Source: Longimicrobiales bacterium (GTDB taxonomy: Bacteria > Gemmatimonadota > Gemmatimonadetes > Longimicrobiales > Gaopeijiaceae). From it: a DNA stretch of 64,000 bases. The stretch's first letter is position 1, and each line of letters begins with the position of its first letter. Below are positions 20,528-31,140 of the stretch, in pieces. The notes under the pieces were generated by a model. The model made no database searches. It was not told the DNA's origin and was given only the letters and a program-made list of their open reading frames with translations. The DNA lies in contig CBDAON010000004.1 in NCBI GenBank assembly GCA_965198065.1, positions 224,001 to 288,000 of the forward strand, written 5' to 3'. Both the position numbers and the translations under genes were made by a program.

Positions 20528-21943
20528 ATGAAGGCAACCGCGATTGATGGACGCGAGATCGAACTTGACCAAGACGCACTCGACGCGTTGAGGCTGCGAC
20601 TCCGGGGGCCGGTGGCATTGCCTGGTGACGGCAGTTACGAGGAATCGCGCACGGTGTGGAACGAAATGATCGGCCGCAGGCCCGCCGTGGTAGTGCGGTG
20701 CCTCGGGGTTGCGGATGTGATCGCATGTGTGCAGTTCACGCGCGAACGGGATCGTTGCTCTGCATCAAGGGCGGAGGCCACAACATCGCAGGCCTAGCCA
20801 CGGCCGATGGTGCGCTGATGTTGGATATGTCGCTCATGCGCAGCGTGTGGGTGGACCCGAAGGGGCGAGTAGCTCATGCCCAGGCGGGCTGTCTGCTCGG
20901 CGACGTAGATCGCGAAACGCAGGTGCACGGACTTGCTGCGGTTCTCGGGTTCGTATCACTCACAGGCATCACAGGCCTCACGATGGGTGGCGGATTCGGC
21001 TACCTGACGAGGCGGTGGGGTTGGACGTCCGATAACGTAGTTGGCATGAACCTGGTGACGGCTGACGCGACGGTGGTGCGTGCGAGCAGTGAAGAGAACG
21101 CCGACCTCTTTTGGGGGCTGCGAGGTGGTGGCGGGAACTTCGGTGTTGTCACCGGCATCGACTACGCGCTTCACTCGGTCGGTCCAGAGGTCGTTGGAGG
21201 CGTGGTAGCCTGGCCCGCAAGTGAGGCTCCCGCCGTTCTGGAGCTTTACCGGACTCTCGCCAAGCAGGCTCCGGCCGAGCTCACCCTCGTCGCTTTGATC
21301 CGACCGGCACCGCCAGCGCCGTGGCTCCCGAAGGAAACTCACGGAAAACCGATCGTGGCTGTGTTGGCCTGCCACAGCGGGAGCATCGCGGACGGAGAGA
21401 ACGCCGTTGCTCCCATTAAGTCGTTCGGCAAACCGATCGGTGATGTGCTGGTCCGCCGGCCATACCTGCAGATGCAGTCGTTGTTAGATGCGACGCAACC
21501 CAAGGGACGGCGCTATTACTGGAAGAGCGAGTACCTTTCGCGCATTGAGCCGGAACTGTGCGGAAAGCTCGCGGAGCATGCTGCGAGAATCCGATCCCCG
21601 CACTCCGCCGTCATTCTGTTTCAGCTCGACGGCGCTCTGAACCAGTTTGGGAGCGATCACTACCCAGTTGGAAACCGGGACGCCCGCTACGTGGCTCAAC
21701 ATCGCAGGGTCGTGGGAGCACGCTGGCGAGGATGAGGCCAACATCCAGTGGGCGCGCGACGCATGGAACGACATGAGAGTGTTCTCCACTGGCGGCACCT
21801 ACATCAACTTCTTGACGGAAGACGAGGGTCCTGAGCGAACCCAGGCCGCGCTCGGCGGGGCAATCCAACGGCTTGCCGAGGTCAAGGCAAAGTGGGATCC
21901 AGAAAACGTGTTTCGCACGAACCGAAACATCAGGCCAGTGTGA
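20528..21943 (+). pseudogene. FAD-binding (BBE-like) oxidoreductase with two frameshifts (~20750, ~21695)
   Basis: YEESRTVWNEMIGRRPA / GGGHNIAG..DLFWGLRGGGGNFGVVT / YINF..RLAEVKAKWDPENVFRTNRNI across three frames. Confidence 0.85.
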
Positions 21944-22022
21944 GGGACTGCAGATCGTGCGACGATCATGAGCTCGCGTACACCGGGAAGAGGTCTAACC
22001 AAGCAAGGCGCACGGAGGTGGT

Positions 22023-22427
22023 ATGAAGGAACCTTTTCCGCCAAGCGAATCGGAGGTTACCCAGCTTCTTGTTGTTAGCGACCCCAAACGGTCGAAGACC
22101 TTTTATATAGACGTATTGGGGGCCGAACTGTACCGGGAGTACGGAGGTGACTCGTTAGTCCTTCGGTTCCTCGGCATGTGGCTTCTTCTGGTGAGCGGGG
22201 GTCCTCCGACTGAGGACAAGCCTGGAGTGACGTTCGCCCCGCCTGCGGACGGAAATCGGGTTGATCATCAACTGACGATCCGAGTGCCCGATTGCCGTGC
22301 CGCGTACGCTGCACTGAAATCCAAAGGAGCGCCGTTCCTCACACCTCCCTTTGATCGTGGAGGTGAGGTCCGATGTTTCTTCCGGGATCCAGACGGTCAC
22401 TTGTTGGAGATCAGTGAAGTGACCTAG
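22023..22427 (+). CDS. VOC/glyoxalase-family protein
   Basis: LVVSDPKRSKTFYIDVLG...CFFRDPDGHLLEI; GGAGG RBS. Confidence 0.88.
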   Translation: MKEPFPPSESEVTQLLVVSDPKRSKTFYIDVLGAELYREYGGDSLVLRFLGMWLLLVSGGPPTEDKPGVTFAPPADGNRVDHQLTIRVPDCRAAYAALKSKGAPFLTPPFDRGGEVRCFFRDPDGHLLEISEVT

Positions 22428-22496
22428 GACGGAGCGATACTTGGACGAAGACGACTAGCACATCATGGATGTTCGTGTGAAGCGGGCCCCGGGGCC

Positions 22497-23420
22497 TCAG
22501 CCCAGGGTCGCGATCGTGGAGCGGACCGCGACCGCGCTTCTCTCCAGCTCCGAGCGCTCTTCAGCCGTCAGCTCGACCTCGACGATCTGCTCGAGCCCGC
22601 CCGCCCCGAGCTTGCAGGGTACGCCGAAGAAGATTCCGCTCTGGCCGTACTCGCCCTCGAGGTACGCTGCACAGGGCAGGATCCGCTTCTTGTCCTTCGC
22701 GATCGCTTCGGCCATCTGAACGGCGGCGGACGAAGGCGCGTAGTACGCGCTCCCGGTCTTCAGGAAGGCGACGATCTCGGCCCCGCCGCCGCGCGTGCGA
22801 TCGATCAGGGCCTCGATTCTGTCCTCCGACAGCAGCTGTCGGATCGGGATGCCGCTGATGGTCGTGTAGCTCACCAGGGGCACCATCGTGTCCCCGTGCC
22901 CCCCGAGAACCAGAGCCTGGATGTCTTCGACGCTTACCCCGAGCTCCGCCGCGATGAAGGTCCGATAGCGCGCTGTGTCGAGGACGCCGGCCATCCCGAT
23001 CACCCGCTCACGGGGAAAGCCCGTCGTCTTCATCGCCACGTAGGCCATCGCGTCGAGCGGATTCGACACCATGATGATGATTGAATCGGGCGCCACCCGT
23101 GCGATCTGCTCCGAGACGGACCGGACGATCTCAGCGTTCGTCTTGAGGAGGTCGTCCCGACTCATCCCCGGCTTCCGCGCAATCCCGGCCGTCATGATGA
23201 AGAGGTCCGAGCCCTCGGCGGCTCCGTATTCCGTAGCCCCCACGATGCGCGTGTCGAATCCCTCGACCGGCCCGCTCTGCCACTGATCGAGCGCTTTCCC
23301 CTGGGGAACGCCGTCCACCACATCGATGAGGACGACCTCACGGGCCAGCTCCGCCTCGGCCAGGCGCTGCGCACAGGTGGCGCCGACGTGCCCCGCGCCC
23401 ACGACGGTTATCTTCCTCAT
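22497..23420 (-). CDS. mdh: Malate dehydrogenase
   Basis: [43 protein letters not shown]. Confidence 0.96.
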   Translation of the reverse strand: MRKITVVGAGHVGATCAQRLAEAELAREVVLIDVVDGVPQGKALDQWQSGPVEGFDTRIVGATEYGAAEGSDLFIMTAGIARKPGMSRDDLLKTNAEIVRSVSEQIARVAPDSIIIMVSNPLDAMAYVAMKTTGFPRERVIGMAGVLDTARYRTFIAAELGVSVEDIQALVLGGHGDTMVPLVSYTTISGIPIRQLLSEDRIEALIDRTRGGGAEIVAFLKTGSAYYAPSSAAVQMAEAIAKDKKRILPCAAYLEGEYGQSGIFFGVPCKLGAGGLEQIVEVELTAEERSELERSAVAVRSTIATLG

Positions 23421-23471
23421 CCGCTCCTTTCGTCCTCTTGAAAGAGGCCCGTCCCTGGAAAAGTCCGCCGC

Positions 23472-23500
23472 AAGCTACCGGGGGCCCCTAGAGGTGTCAA
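23472..23500 (-). promoter_or_regulatory. Putative sigma70-type promoter of mdh
   Basis: TTGACA - N17 - TAGCTT on the minus strand. Confidence 0.55.
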
Positions 23501-23562
23501 CGGCGCCCCGAGGACGGACCGACACCAGTGCAGGACAGGGGCTTTCGCCAGCCGGGATTCCG

Positions 23563-23590
23563 AAAAAAAACGGGACCCGCAGGGGCCCCG
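23563..23590 (-). terminator. Rho-independent terminator after the ECF sigma locus
   Basis: CGGGGCCC-CTGC-GGGTCCCG followed by T8. Confidence 0.8.
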
Positions 23591-23622
23591 GCTCGATTCT
23601 CGTCGGCTCAGCGTGATGCCTT

Positions 23623-24144
23623 TCAGGGACCCCCGGGGGGGGCTCCCCCGCGGAGGCGTAGCTGGACGGGACCGTCCTCGGCACCGAGCCTCCGGATCCG
23701 GTTTCCGAACTGGTCTCTGAGATACTGGAGGAGAAGGACCTGCGAGGGCTGGAGGAACTCGAGCAGCCGCTCCTCCTCCTGGACCATCAGCGCCTCTTCC
23801 CGCTCCCGAAGGGCCCGCACCTCGTCGATCAGCCGACGCGCCTCCTGCTGCGAGCCCCCCTGCGTGAGGTTCCGCCGGATCTCACGCTGAAGCTCCATGC
23901 GGCGAGGAAGGATGTCCGCGCGGGTCTCGGCATAGCCGCGAAGCACCTCAGCTAGAAGTGACCTCTCGTCGGGCGCGAGGGCGAGCTCGCGCGCGAGCTG
24001 CTCCTGGAACTGCGTCTGGATGCGGCTCAGCATCTCCTGCCGCGAAACGGGACCCCGGCCGCCGGGGCCTCGCTGCGCCCAGGTCGGACCTGGATGGACG
24101 AGTACCTGCGTGGCGACGGCCAAGACGACGGCGAGGCGTCTCAT
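23623..24144 (-). CDS. Periplasmic Spy/CpxP-like helical protein
   Basis: Signal peptide, LALAPDER and LQPSQ (LTxxQ-like) motifs; downstream of an anti-sigma gene. Confidence 0.6.
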   Translation of the reverse strand: MRRLAVVLAVATQVLVHPGPTWAQRGPGGRGPVSRQEMLSRIQTQFQEQLARELALAPDERSLLAEVLRGYAETRADILPRRMELQREIRRNLTQGGSQQEARRLIDEVRALREREEALMVQEEERLLEFLQPSQVLLLQYLRDQFGNRIRRLGAEDGPVQLRLRGGAPPGGP

Positions 24145-24647
24145 GGTTCCATCTCCTCCATCAGCTGCGCGAGTAAATCGTCCGGGAGAGCATCGAGCAG
24201 CGGCTCACCGGCCACCATCCAGTCATGGCCGTACCAGTCCACCATGGGCTGCGATTCGAGCGCCACCGTCCACACTGGCTCGGGCGCCGGGGCGTCGTCT
24301 CGCCACAGCACTCCGATGCCGACGGCGAGGATCGCGATCGCGGCCGCCCTGAGGAGCCACGGAACGATGGTCCTTTCGGGGCGACGCGGCCGCCGCGAGG
24401 CTTCGATGATGGACGGCGCGAGGGAGTCCGGAGGCTCCGGCCGAGCGAGCTGGAGCCTCTCCACGAGCCGCGCCTCGTCTCGACATTCGGCGCAGGTCGC
24501 CAGATGCTTCACGAGCTCGGCCACCTCCCCACTCGTCGCCGCGCCGGACACGTGCAGGGGAAGCAGGTCTCTCGTCCGGGCACACTCCCCGGCGAGATCT
24601 TCCGTGCGATCGCCCGTCACGAAGTCCTCCTCATCCGTCCCTTTCAT
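24141..24647 (-). CDS. Zinc-finger (zf-HC2) anti-sigma factor
   Basis: HLATCAEC motif plus one TM helix. Confidence 0.85.
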   Translation of the reverse strand: MKGTDEEDFVTGDRTEDLAGECARTRDLLPLHVSGAATSGEVAELVKHLATCAECRDEARLVERLQLARPEPPDSLAPSIIEASRRPRRPERTIVPWLLRAAAIAILAVGIGVLWRDDAPAPEPVWTVALESQPMVDWYGHDWMVAGEPLLDALPDDLLAQLMEEMEP

Positions 24648-25206
24648 GCAACCACTCCCGCAGCCTGCCGATGCCGTAGTGGTAGTTTACCCGGGCCGCA
24701 CCCTCTGAGGACCCGATCGCCTCCCCAACCTCGCGAAAGCTCAGCCCATCGAACAGCCTCAGCGAAACGCTCAGCCGCTGCTTCTCCGGCAACCGATCCA
24801 GCGCCGCCCGTATCCGCGAGACCTCGTCCGCCCTCATGGCCTCGGCGTCGGGGCCCTCCCTTCCCTCCTCGAAGTTCTCGGTCGCGTGAAGCGGTTCCTC
24901 ACGCCTCCGACTGCGGCTTCGAATGAAACCCAGGGCCTCGTTCCGCGCGATCGCGAGCAACCAGGTGCGGAACGCCGCATCGCCACGGAATCCGTCCAGG
25001 CGGTCCAGGGCCTTCACAAACGTGTCCTGCGTGACGTCCGCCGCCTGATCCTCGTCCTTGAGAAAACCCAGCACGAACCGGTACACGACGCCCTGATGGC
25101 GCACCACCAGCTTCTCGAGCGCCCCCGCCTCACCCCGAACGGCAAGCTTCACCAGCTCGGCATCCGAAGGATCCTGGGACCGACCTGGCTCGCGCACCGA
25201 ACTCAC
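24631..25206 (-). CDS. ECF RNA polymerase sigma factor
   Basis: AADVTQDTF, FRTWLLAIARN, LPEKQR, GLSFREVG. Confidence 0.92.
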   Translation of the reverse strand: MSSVREPGRSQDPSDAELVKLAVRGEAGALEKLVVRHQGVVYRFVLGFLKDEDQAADVTQDTFVKALDRLDGFRGDAAFRTWLLAIARNEALGFIRSRSRRREEPLHATENFEEGREGPDAEAMRADEVSRIRAALDRLPEKQRLSVSLRLFDGLSFREVGEAIGSSEGAARVNYHYGIGRLREWLHERDG

Positions 25207-25295
25207 CGGATAGACGCAGGAGAAGGGGTTTCCGTTAAAGAGGGCGACTCGCCCCCCGGGGCCCTGCTACGGATGAGACCCCTCCCTCGAGGGGA

Positions 25296-25598
25296 TCAGG
25301 ACCGAAGGCCCTTTCCCCGCCGGGCGACCCGCGTGCGAAGCTGCCTCGACGGCTTGAAGACGGGAACGAGCCGCGCGGCGACCCGTACCGTGTCTCCCGT
25401 GCGAGGGTTTCGCGCCTTACGGGCCTTGCGCGCTCGCACCCTGAAGGTCCCGAACCCTCGGATCTCTATGCTCTCCCCGTTGGTGAGGGCCTTCTTCACG
25501 GCGTTGAGGAACCCGTCCACGACCAGAGCGCAGTCCTTCTTCGTGACCCCGGGGCCGATCGCCCCGGAGACTTCCTCGACGAGGTCTGCTTTCGTCAT
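25296..25598 (-). CDS. HU/IHF-family DNA-binding protein
   Basis: MTKADLV, IEIRGFGTF, ARNPRTG, PVFKPS. Confidence 0.93.
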   Translation of the reverse strand: MTKADLVEEVSGAIGPGVTKKDCALVVDGFLNAVKKALTNGESIEIRGFGTFRVRARKARKARNPRTGDTVRVAARLVPVFKPSRQLRTRVARRGKGLRS

Positions 25599-25617
25599 CC
25601 CTGCCTCCTCGAATGGT

Positions 25618-26835
25618 TCAGTCCGCCGCCGTCCGTCGTTCCTCCATCAGCTCCGTGAACCTCCGGAAGAGGTGGCGAGAGTCGTGCGGTCCGGGTGCGG
25701 ACTCGGGGTGGTATTGGACGCAAAAGACCGGGCGCGAACGGTGCTCGAGCCCCTCCAGCGTGCCATCGTACAGGTTGATGTGTGTGGCGCGAAGGTCCGG
25801 GGCGCCCGGGATAGCCCCGCCGGGGTCGGCTTCGACGGCAAAGCCGTGGTTCTGCGACGTGATCTCGACCCGGTTCCGATCCATGGCTCGCACCGGGTGG
25901 TTCACCCCGTGGTGGCCGAAGGGGAGCTTGTACGTCCGGGCCCCGAAGGCACGCGCGATGAGCTGATGTCCCAGGCAGATCCCGAACACGGGGATGCCTC
26001 GCTCGGAGAGGCGGACGATCGTGTCGGCCACTCCGGGGACAGCCGCGGGGTCGCCCGGCCCGTTCGAGACGAACACGCCGTCCGGGTTCGCTTCGATAAT
26101 CTCCTCGAAGGTCGTCGTCGAGGGAACGACGGTCACTCGGCATCCCGCCTCGGAAAGGAGTCGCGGAGAGTTGGCCTTGACCCCGAAGTCGAATGCGATC
26201 ACGTGGAAGCGCGCCTCGCCCTGGGCCGGCACGTCATAGCGGGCGGTCGTGGACACCCCGCACGCCAACTCCAGCCCCTCCATGCGGGGATGCGCCTCGA
26301 TCCTGGCGGCTAGCTCCTCGGCGGAGACCGATGCCGGAGCGATCCCGCCGCGCATCGCCCCCCGGTCCCGCAGATGCCTGGTCAGGGCCCGCGTGTCCAC
26401 CTCCTCGATCCCGATCACGCCGTGCCGCGCGAGGTAGGGGCCAAGCCCCTCCTTCGCGCGCCAGGAGGAGGCTCTCCGCGCAGCCTCCCTCACGATGAAG
26501 CCCGCCACAGTGGGCGCGCCGGACTCTCCGTCCTCCTCGTTCAGCCCGTAATTGCCGATTAGCGGATAGGTCATCGCCACGAGCTGGCCGGCGTACGAGG
26601 GGTCCGTGAGGACCTCCTGGTACCCGGTCATGCCCGTGTTGAAGACGACCTCACCGAGGGCGACGCCGGCGTCGCCCAGCTGGCTGCCCTCGAAACGGCG
26701 ACCGTCTTCGAGGAGGAGGTAGGCCCGCGTGGCCGTACCAGAGTCGAACAACTGCAGTCCCGGGGCGGCAGGAACGGGGAAGCTCGGCAAACCGAGCACC
26801 CGGGAGCGCGACGATCGCGGCCCCGGTTCGGGCAA
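25618..26835 (-). CDS. carA: Carbamoyl-phosphate synthase small subunit (start uncertain, may be ~26752)
   Basis: GEVVFNTGMTGYQEVLTDPSY, SNGPGDP, GICLGHQ, SQNHGF, QYHPE. Confidence 0.95.
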   Translation of the reverse strand: MPEPGPRSSRSRVLGLPSFPVPAAPGLQLFDSGTATRAYLLLEDGRRFEGSQLGDAGVALGEVVFNTGMTGYQEVLTDPSYAGQLVAMTYPLIGNYGLNEEDGESGAPTVAGFIVREAARRASSWRAKEGLGPYLARHGVIGIEEVDTRALTRHLRDRGAMRGGIAPASVSAEELAARIEAHPRMEGLELACGVSTTARYDVPAQGEARFHVIAFDFGVKANSPRLLSEAGCRVTVVPSTTTFEEIIEANPDGVFVSNGPGDPAAVPGVADTIVRLSERGIPVFGICLGHQLIARAFGARTYKLPFGHHGVNHPVRAMDRNRVEITSQNHGFAVEADPGGAIPGAPDLRATHINLYDGTLEGLEHRSRPVFCVQYHPESAPGPHDSRHLFRRFTELMEERRTAAD

Positions 26836-26989
26836 TGTAGAGTGGGCCGAACCCGCGTCAAGGAGCGAACTTACCGCCTTCCCTCCAGGGCACGCTCAAT
26901 CCTATCTTCTGATCCGATCTTCCTGGCCCGGCCGCCTCGTCACTCCAGCCGACCCCCGCGCCCGAGCGAAACGTGGTGCCCAGCCCAGC

Positions 26990-27598
26990 ATGAACGAACG
27001 GCCGCGACCAAGCTCCCACGCGCCCTCCCGACCCCTGGTCTTGATCTATGCGGACGAATCGTGCCTCGGGAATCAGTTTCGGGACCGCGAGAATCCCGGG
27101 GGCGCCGGAGGGCTCGTCGAATTCTGGACCGGGGACGGTTGGGTCCGACGGGACTACTGGGTGTCCGAGCCAGCCACGACGAACAATCGAATGGCGCTTC
27201 GGAGCGCCATCGAAGGACTCCGGGCGCTTACACAACCGTGCCGGGTCGGGTTCGTATCCGACTCTCAATACGTGGTGAAGGGAATGCGGGAATGGCTCCC
27301 CGTGTGGAAGGCCCGCGGCTGGAAGCGGAAGGGGGGGCCGATCGAGAACTTGAAGCTCTGGAAGGATCTGGACCTGGCGGCGGACACGCACCAGATGCGA
27401 TGGGAGTGGGTGCGGGGACACAGCGGGATGCCCCGCAACGAGTATGCGAACCACCTGGCCGTGGAGGCCGCCAGGAGCCAGGAGCCCTCGAACGGGCTCG
27501 TGGACTCGCGCTTCGAGGAGTGGCTGGACGCCGAGCGTGCGAAGAGCGGCCGCTACCTCGACTTCGAGGAGTCGGCCCCTCCTCCACCGCCGTTCTAG
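26990..27598 (+). CDS. rnhA: Ribonuclease HI
   Basis: IYADESCLGN..NPGG, TTNNRMAL, SDSQYV, WKARGWK, WVRGHSG..NE.AN.LA. Confidence 0.88.
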   Translation: MNERPRPSSHAPSRPLVLIYADESCLGNQFRDRENPGGAGGLVEFWTGDGWVRRDYWVSEPATTNNRMALRSAIEGLRALTQPCRVGFVSDSQYVVKGMREWLPVWKARGWKRKGGPIENLKLWKDLDLAADTHQMRWEWVRGHSGMPRNEYANHLAVEAARSQEPSNGLVDSRFEEWLDAERAKSGRYLDFEESAPPPPPF

Positions 27599-28389
27599 GG
27601 AAGTTCCGTTCGAGTACCGCGCGCGGGGTCTGCGCGGCTCGGAGCGGGAATGGCGGGGCAGCCCACCCGCCGGGGGTGCTGCCGACCGGTCTCCGCCCGA
27701 AGCGACCGCCTGAACACGCTCGCGAAAACCGCCGCCGTGCGCCCGGCCACCTCCTCCATTGGTGGGGCCGTTCCGAGAAGGCGCTCCATCGAGGTCACCG
27801 AGCTACTCTCGATTCCGCACGGGACGATCGTCTCGAAGTAGCTGAGATCGGTCCCGACATTCAACGCGAACCCGTGGGACGTGATCCAGCCGGACGACAC
27901 CCGGATCCCGATCGCCGCCACCTTGCCGGATGCCGTCCACACCCCCGTCCTTCCGTCAACGCGGCCGGACTCGACACCGTATTCGGCCAGCACGCGGATC
28001 AGGACTCCCTCGAGGTCACGGAGGTAGCGATGCACGTCCTTCCGGTCTGGCCTCAGATCGAGGATCGGGTACCCGACGAGCTGTCCGGGTCCGTGATAGG
28101 TGACGTCGCCGCCGCGACCCGTCTCCTGGAGCTCGATCCCGAGGGCCTCCCGACGTCCGGGGTCCGCGAGCACATGCTCCGGGTGCGACCCGGAGCCGAG
28201 CGTGATCACGTGCGGGTGCTCGAGCAGAACGAGTTGGTCGGGGATCTCGCCCGCGCGACGACGCGAAACGAGGTCCTGCTGGAGGGCGACCCCGTCCCCA
28301 TAAGGAACCGTCCCGAGGCGCCGGACCTCGAGAACCCTACCCGGGGGCCGAAACGTGGAGGCCTCGGACGCAGTCGAGTGGGCGGTCAT
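27595..28389 (-). CDS. lipB: Octanoyltransferase
   Basis: LLEHPHVITLG, RGGDVTYHGPGQLVGYPI, KVAAIG, HGFALN, IVPCGI. Confidence 0.95.
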   Translation of the reverse strand: MTAHSTASEASTFRPPGRVLEVRRLGTVPYGDGVALQQDLVSRRRAGEIPDQLVLLEHPHVITLGSGSHPEHVLADPGRREALGIELQETGRGGDVTYHGPGQLVGYPILDLRPDRKDVHRYLRDLEGVLIRVLAEYGVESGRVDGRTGVWTASGKVAAIGIRVSSGWITSHGFALNVGTDLSYFETIVPCGIESSSVTSMERLLGTAPPMEEVAGRTAAVFASVFRRSLRAETGRQHPRRVGCPAIPAPSRADPARGTRTELP

Positions 28390-28424
28390 GACATCTCTGC
28401 GCGCCGTCCGGCACACTATCCGGC

Positions 28425-29897
28425 CTACGCGTCGTCCGGGAAGTCCTCCAGGAGCTGCTTGAGGCGAGCCATGAAGCGCGCGGCGTCCGCACCGTCCACG
28501 ATCCGGTGATCGTATCCCAGGGAGAAGATCGACCGCTTGCGGATCGCCATCGAGTCCTGTCCCGTGATGGGATCTCCCACCACCACGACCCGCTTCTCGA
28601 TAGAGCCCGTGCCCAGAATGGCGGCTGTTCCCTTGGGGATGATGGGGAGCCCGACCAGGGTTCCGAGGACCCCCGGATTGGTAACGGAGAACGTAGCTCC
28701 CTGGATCTCCTCGGGCGCCAGCGCCCGCTTCCGGGCCCGCTCGGCCAGGTCCACGACCTTCTTTCCGATCCCGACGAGGGAGAGGTCGTCCGCATCCCGG
28801 ATCACCGGCACGATCAGACCGGGGTCCAGGTCTACGGCAATCCCGATGTTCACGCTCCCGCGATAGATGACGTTGTTGCCCGAGACCGTCGCGTTCACGA
28901 TCGGGAACTCCCGGAGGACACGGGACACGGCCCATGTCACGAAGGCCGTGAAGCTCACCCGCGCCCCCTGCTCCTGCCACTTCTTCGCGTTCGCCTTCCG
29001 AAGCGCGTCCACGCTCGTGAAGTCCATCTCGATCGAAGTGTGGACGTGCGGGGCAATTCGCTTGGCCAGAACCATGTGCTCGGCGGTGAGACGGCGGATC
29101 TTGTCCATCATCACCACCTCGTCTCCCTCCCGCACGGGAAACTCCGGGTGCTGCACCTGTGTGTAAAAGGTCCCCCAGAGCTCGGACGCAGGGACGGGGG
29201 GGCCGAGAGGGGCCGAGCGCGGAGCCGGGGCGGCGGGCCGCTCGGCTGCGGGCGTCGCGGGCACGCCCTCGGCCCTCTCCGGCGGCGCGGGAGCCGGCCT
29301 GGCGGGAGGAGGCGGCGCGGGCACCTCCACGGTGGCATCCTCTTTCCCGAGGTACGCAAGCAGGTCTTGCTTGGTCACGCGCCCCGCGTGTCCGCTTCCC
29401 TTACCCTCCAGGCTGGTCAGATCGACTCCGTGCTCCTCCGCCATCCTGCGCACGAGGGGGGTGGAGCGCTGCCGGAGCCGCTGCTCCTCCGACAGCTCGC
29501 CGTCCGATCGGAGCGAGCCGTCGGTTGGAGGCGGGGGAGCCGCCGCCGAGGGGACGGGTTTCGGGGTGGGCTCGGGCGGCGCCGACGGCGCGGCCGCCTG
29601 ACTCCGGGCGGCCTCCGGCTTCGGGGATTCCGCCGCACCCGCGGGCGCGGCGGCCGGCTCCGTATCGATGTACGCAACGACCGTGCCCACCTCCACGGTC
29701 TCGCCCTCCCCCACCACCACCTCCATCAGAGTACCGGCCTGGGGCGCCGGGATCTCGGCGTCCACCTTGTCCGTGGAAATCTCAAGGATGGGCTCGTCCC
29801 GCTCGATCGCATCCCCGACCTTCTTCAGCCACTTGGACACGGTCCCCTCGGCGATGGACTCACCCATCTGAGGCATCGCCACTTCGATTCGGGCCAC
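28425..29897 (-). CDS. 2-oxoacid dehydrogenase E2 (dihydrolipoamide acyltransferase)
   Basis: Lipoyl domain ISTDKVDAE, E3-binding domain, catalytic YDHRIVDG. Confidence 0.93.
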   Translation of the reverse strand: MARIEVAMPQMGESIAEGTVSKWLKKVGDAIERDEPILEISTDKVDAEIPAPQAGTLMEVVVGEGETVEVGTVVAYIDTEPAAAPAGAAESPKPEAARSQAAAPSAPPEPTPKPVPSAAAPPPPTDGSLRSDGELSEEQRLRQRSTPLVRRMAEEHGVDLTSLEGKGSGHAGRVTKQDLLAYLGKEDATVEVPAPPPPARPAPAPPERAEGVPATPAAERPAAPAPRSAPLGPPVPASELWGTFYTQVQHPEFPVREGDEVVMMDKIRRLTAEHMVLAKRIAPHVHTSIEMDFTSVDALRKANAKKWQEQGARVSFTAFVTWAVSRVLREFPIVNATVSGNNVIYRGSVNIGIAVDLDPGLIVPVIRDADDLSLVGIGKKVVDLAERARKRALAPEEIQGATFSVTNPGVLGTLVGLPIIPKGTAAILGTGSIEKRVVVVGDPITGQDSMAIRKRSIFSLGYDHRIVDGADAARFMARLKQLLEDFPDDA

Positions 29898-29925
29898 GGT
29901 CGCGGTTCCTAGGGCGCGAGAATCG

Positions 29926-30303
29926 TCAGGGCTGGCTAGGCGGAGTCGCGTCGGGGCCGCCGCCCGGGGCGGCGGGGATCTCGGTGGACGGCTGGGCCTG
30001 GGGAACGACCGGAGTCGGGGTCACGGGCACTTGGAGGGCGTCCTGCAAGACGGAGCCCGGCTGCTGCTGCTGCGAGGACCTGATTGATAGCACGAGAGCC
30101 AAGACCATGAAGATGGCGCCCGTCGTCCACGTTGTCCGGGTCAGGAACGTGGCCGCCTGACGCCCGCCCAGGACCCCTTCCGTGGCCCCCGGCATACCGC
30201 CGCCCATGGCCGCGAGCCCCCCTCCCTTTCCCGCCTGAAGGAGGACGGCGACCGTCAGGACGATCCCGTCGAGGACGAGGAGAGCGAGAAGGAATCCGTA
30301 CAT
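29926..30303 (-). CDS. secG: Preprotein translocase SecG
   Basis: VLLQAGKGGGLAAMGG, FLTRTT; follows tpiA. Confidence 0.92.
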   Translation of the reverse strand: MYGFLLALLVLDGIVLTVAVLLQAGKGGGLAAMGGGMPGATEGVLGGRQAATFLTRTTWTTGAIFMVLALVLSIRSSQQQQPGSVLQDALQVPVTPTPVVPQAQPSTEIPAAPGGGPDATPPSQP

Positions 30304-30366
30304 GGAAGAACCATCGGGAGCGGGTTCGGCCCTGGCGAGAAAAGGTCGTCGGAGGGAACAGCAGTG

Positions 30367-31140
30367 TCAACACAGAGCGCGGCCTGCGTCCACGATCCTG
30401 GAAAAGGATCCAGGATCGAGCGAAGCCCCCCCCACGAGCACCCCGTCTACCCCCTCCGCCTGGAGCAGGTCGGGGGCGTTCTCCGGGGTCACAGATCCCC
30501 CGTAGAGAATCGGGAGGCCGCGCGCTCGACCGTCCCCCAGGTGTCTCCCCGCCGCCTCCCGCAGGATCGCGTGAGCCTGGGCGGCGTCCTGCGGGGTGGC
30601 CGTTTCCCCCGTCCCGATGGCCCAGACCGGCTCGTAGGCCAGGACGAGGGGGGCCCCGTCCCGCACGGCCCCACCCGCGCCTTCCGCTCCCAGCACGGCG
30701 TCGAGCTGACCCACGATCACGTCCTCGAGCCGACCCACCTTTCGCTCCTCGATTCGCTCCCCCACACAGAGGACGGGAATGAGTCCTGCGCGGAGCGCGG
30801 CCTCTACCTTGTCGGCGGCGTCCTCGTCGGTCTCTTGGAAGAGCCACCGCCGCTCCGAGTGACCGACGAGCGCGTAGGCCGCTCCAGCCTCCATGGCCAT
30901 CTCCGCGGCCACCTCACCGGTGAACGCCCCAGACGGGTGCGCGTGCACGTTCTGGACTCCGAGCGAGATTGGAGCGCCCGGTCCCAGAGCCCCGCGGGCA
31001 GCCGAGAGTGAAACGGCGGGAGGAAATAGGACGACCGTCACGCAGCGCAGGTTGCCTAGCGGCAGAAGCTCCTTCACGAAACGCACCGTGGCGCCCGGGC
31101 CGTGGTTCATCTTCCAGTTACCGGCCACGAACCGCTTCAT
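30367..31140 (-). CDS. tpiA: Triosephosphate isomerase
   Basis: AGNWKMN, GHSERR, AYEPVWAIGTG, LVGGASL. Confidence 0.97.
   Translation of the reverse strand: MKRFVAGNWKMNHGPGATVRFVKELLPLGNLRCVTVVLFPPAVSLSAARGALGPGAPISLGVQNVHAHPSGAFTGEVAAEMAMEAGAAYALVGHSERRWLFQETDEDAADKVEAALRAGLIPVLCVGERIEERKVGRLEDVIVGQLDAVLGAEGAGGAVRDGAPLVLAYEPVWAIGTGETATPQDAAQAHAILREAAGRHLGDGRARGLPILYGGSVTPENAPDLLQAEGVDGVLVGGASLDPGSFSRIVDAGRALC

Noticed and set aside
21993..22010. attC-like GTCTAAC between the oxidoreductase and VOC genes
   Set aside because: No hairpin and no downstream GTTRRRY partner found
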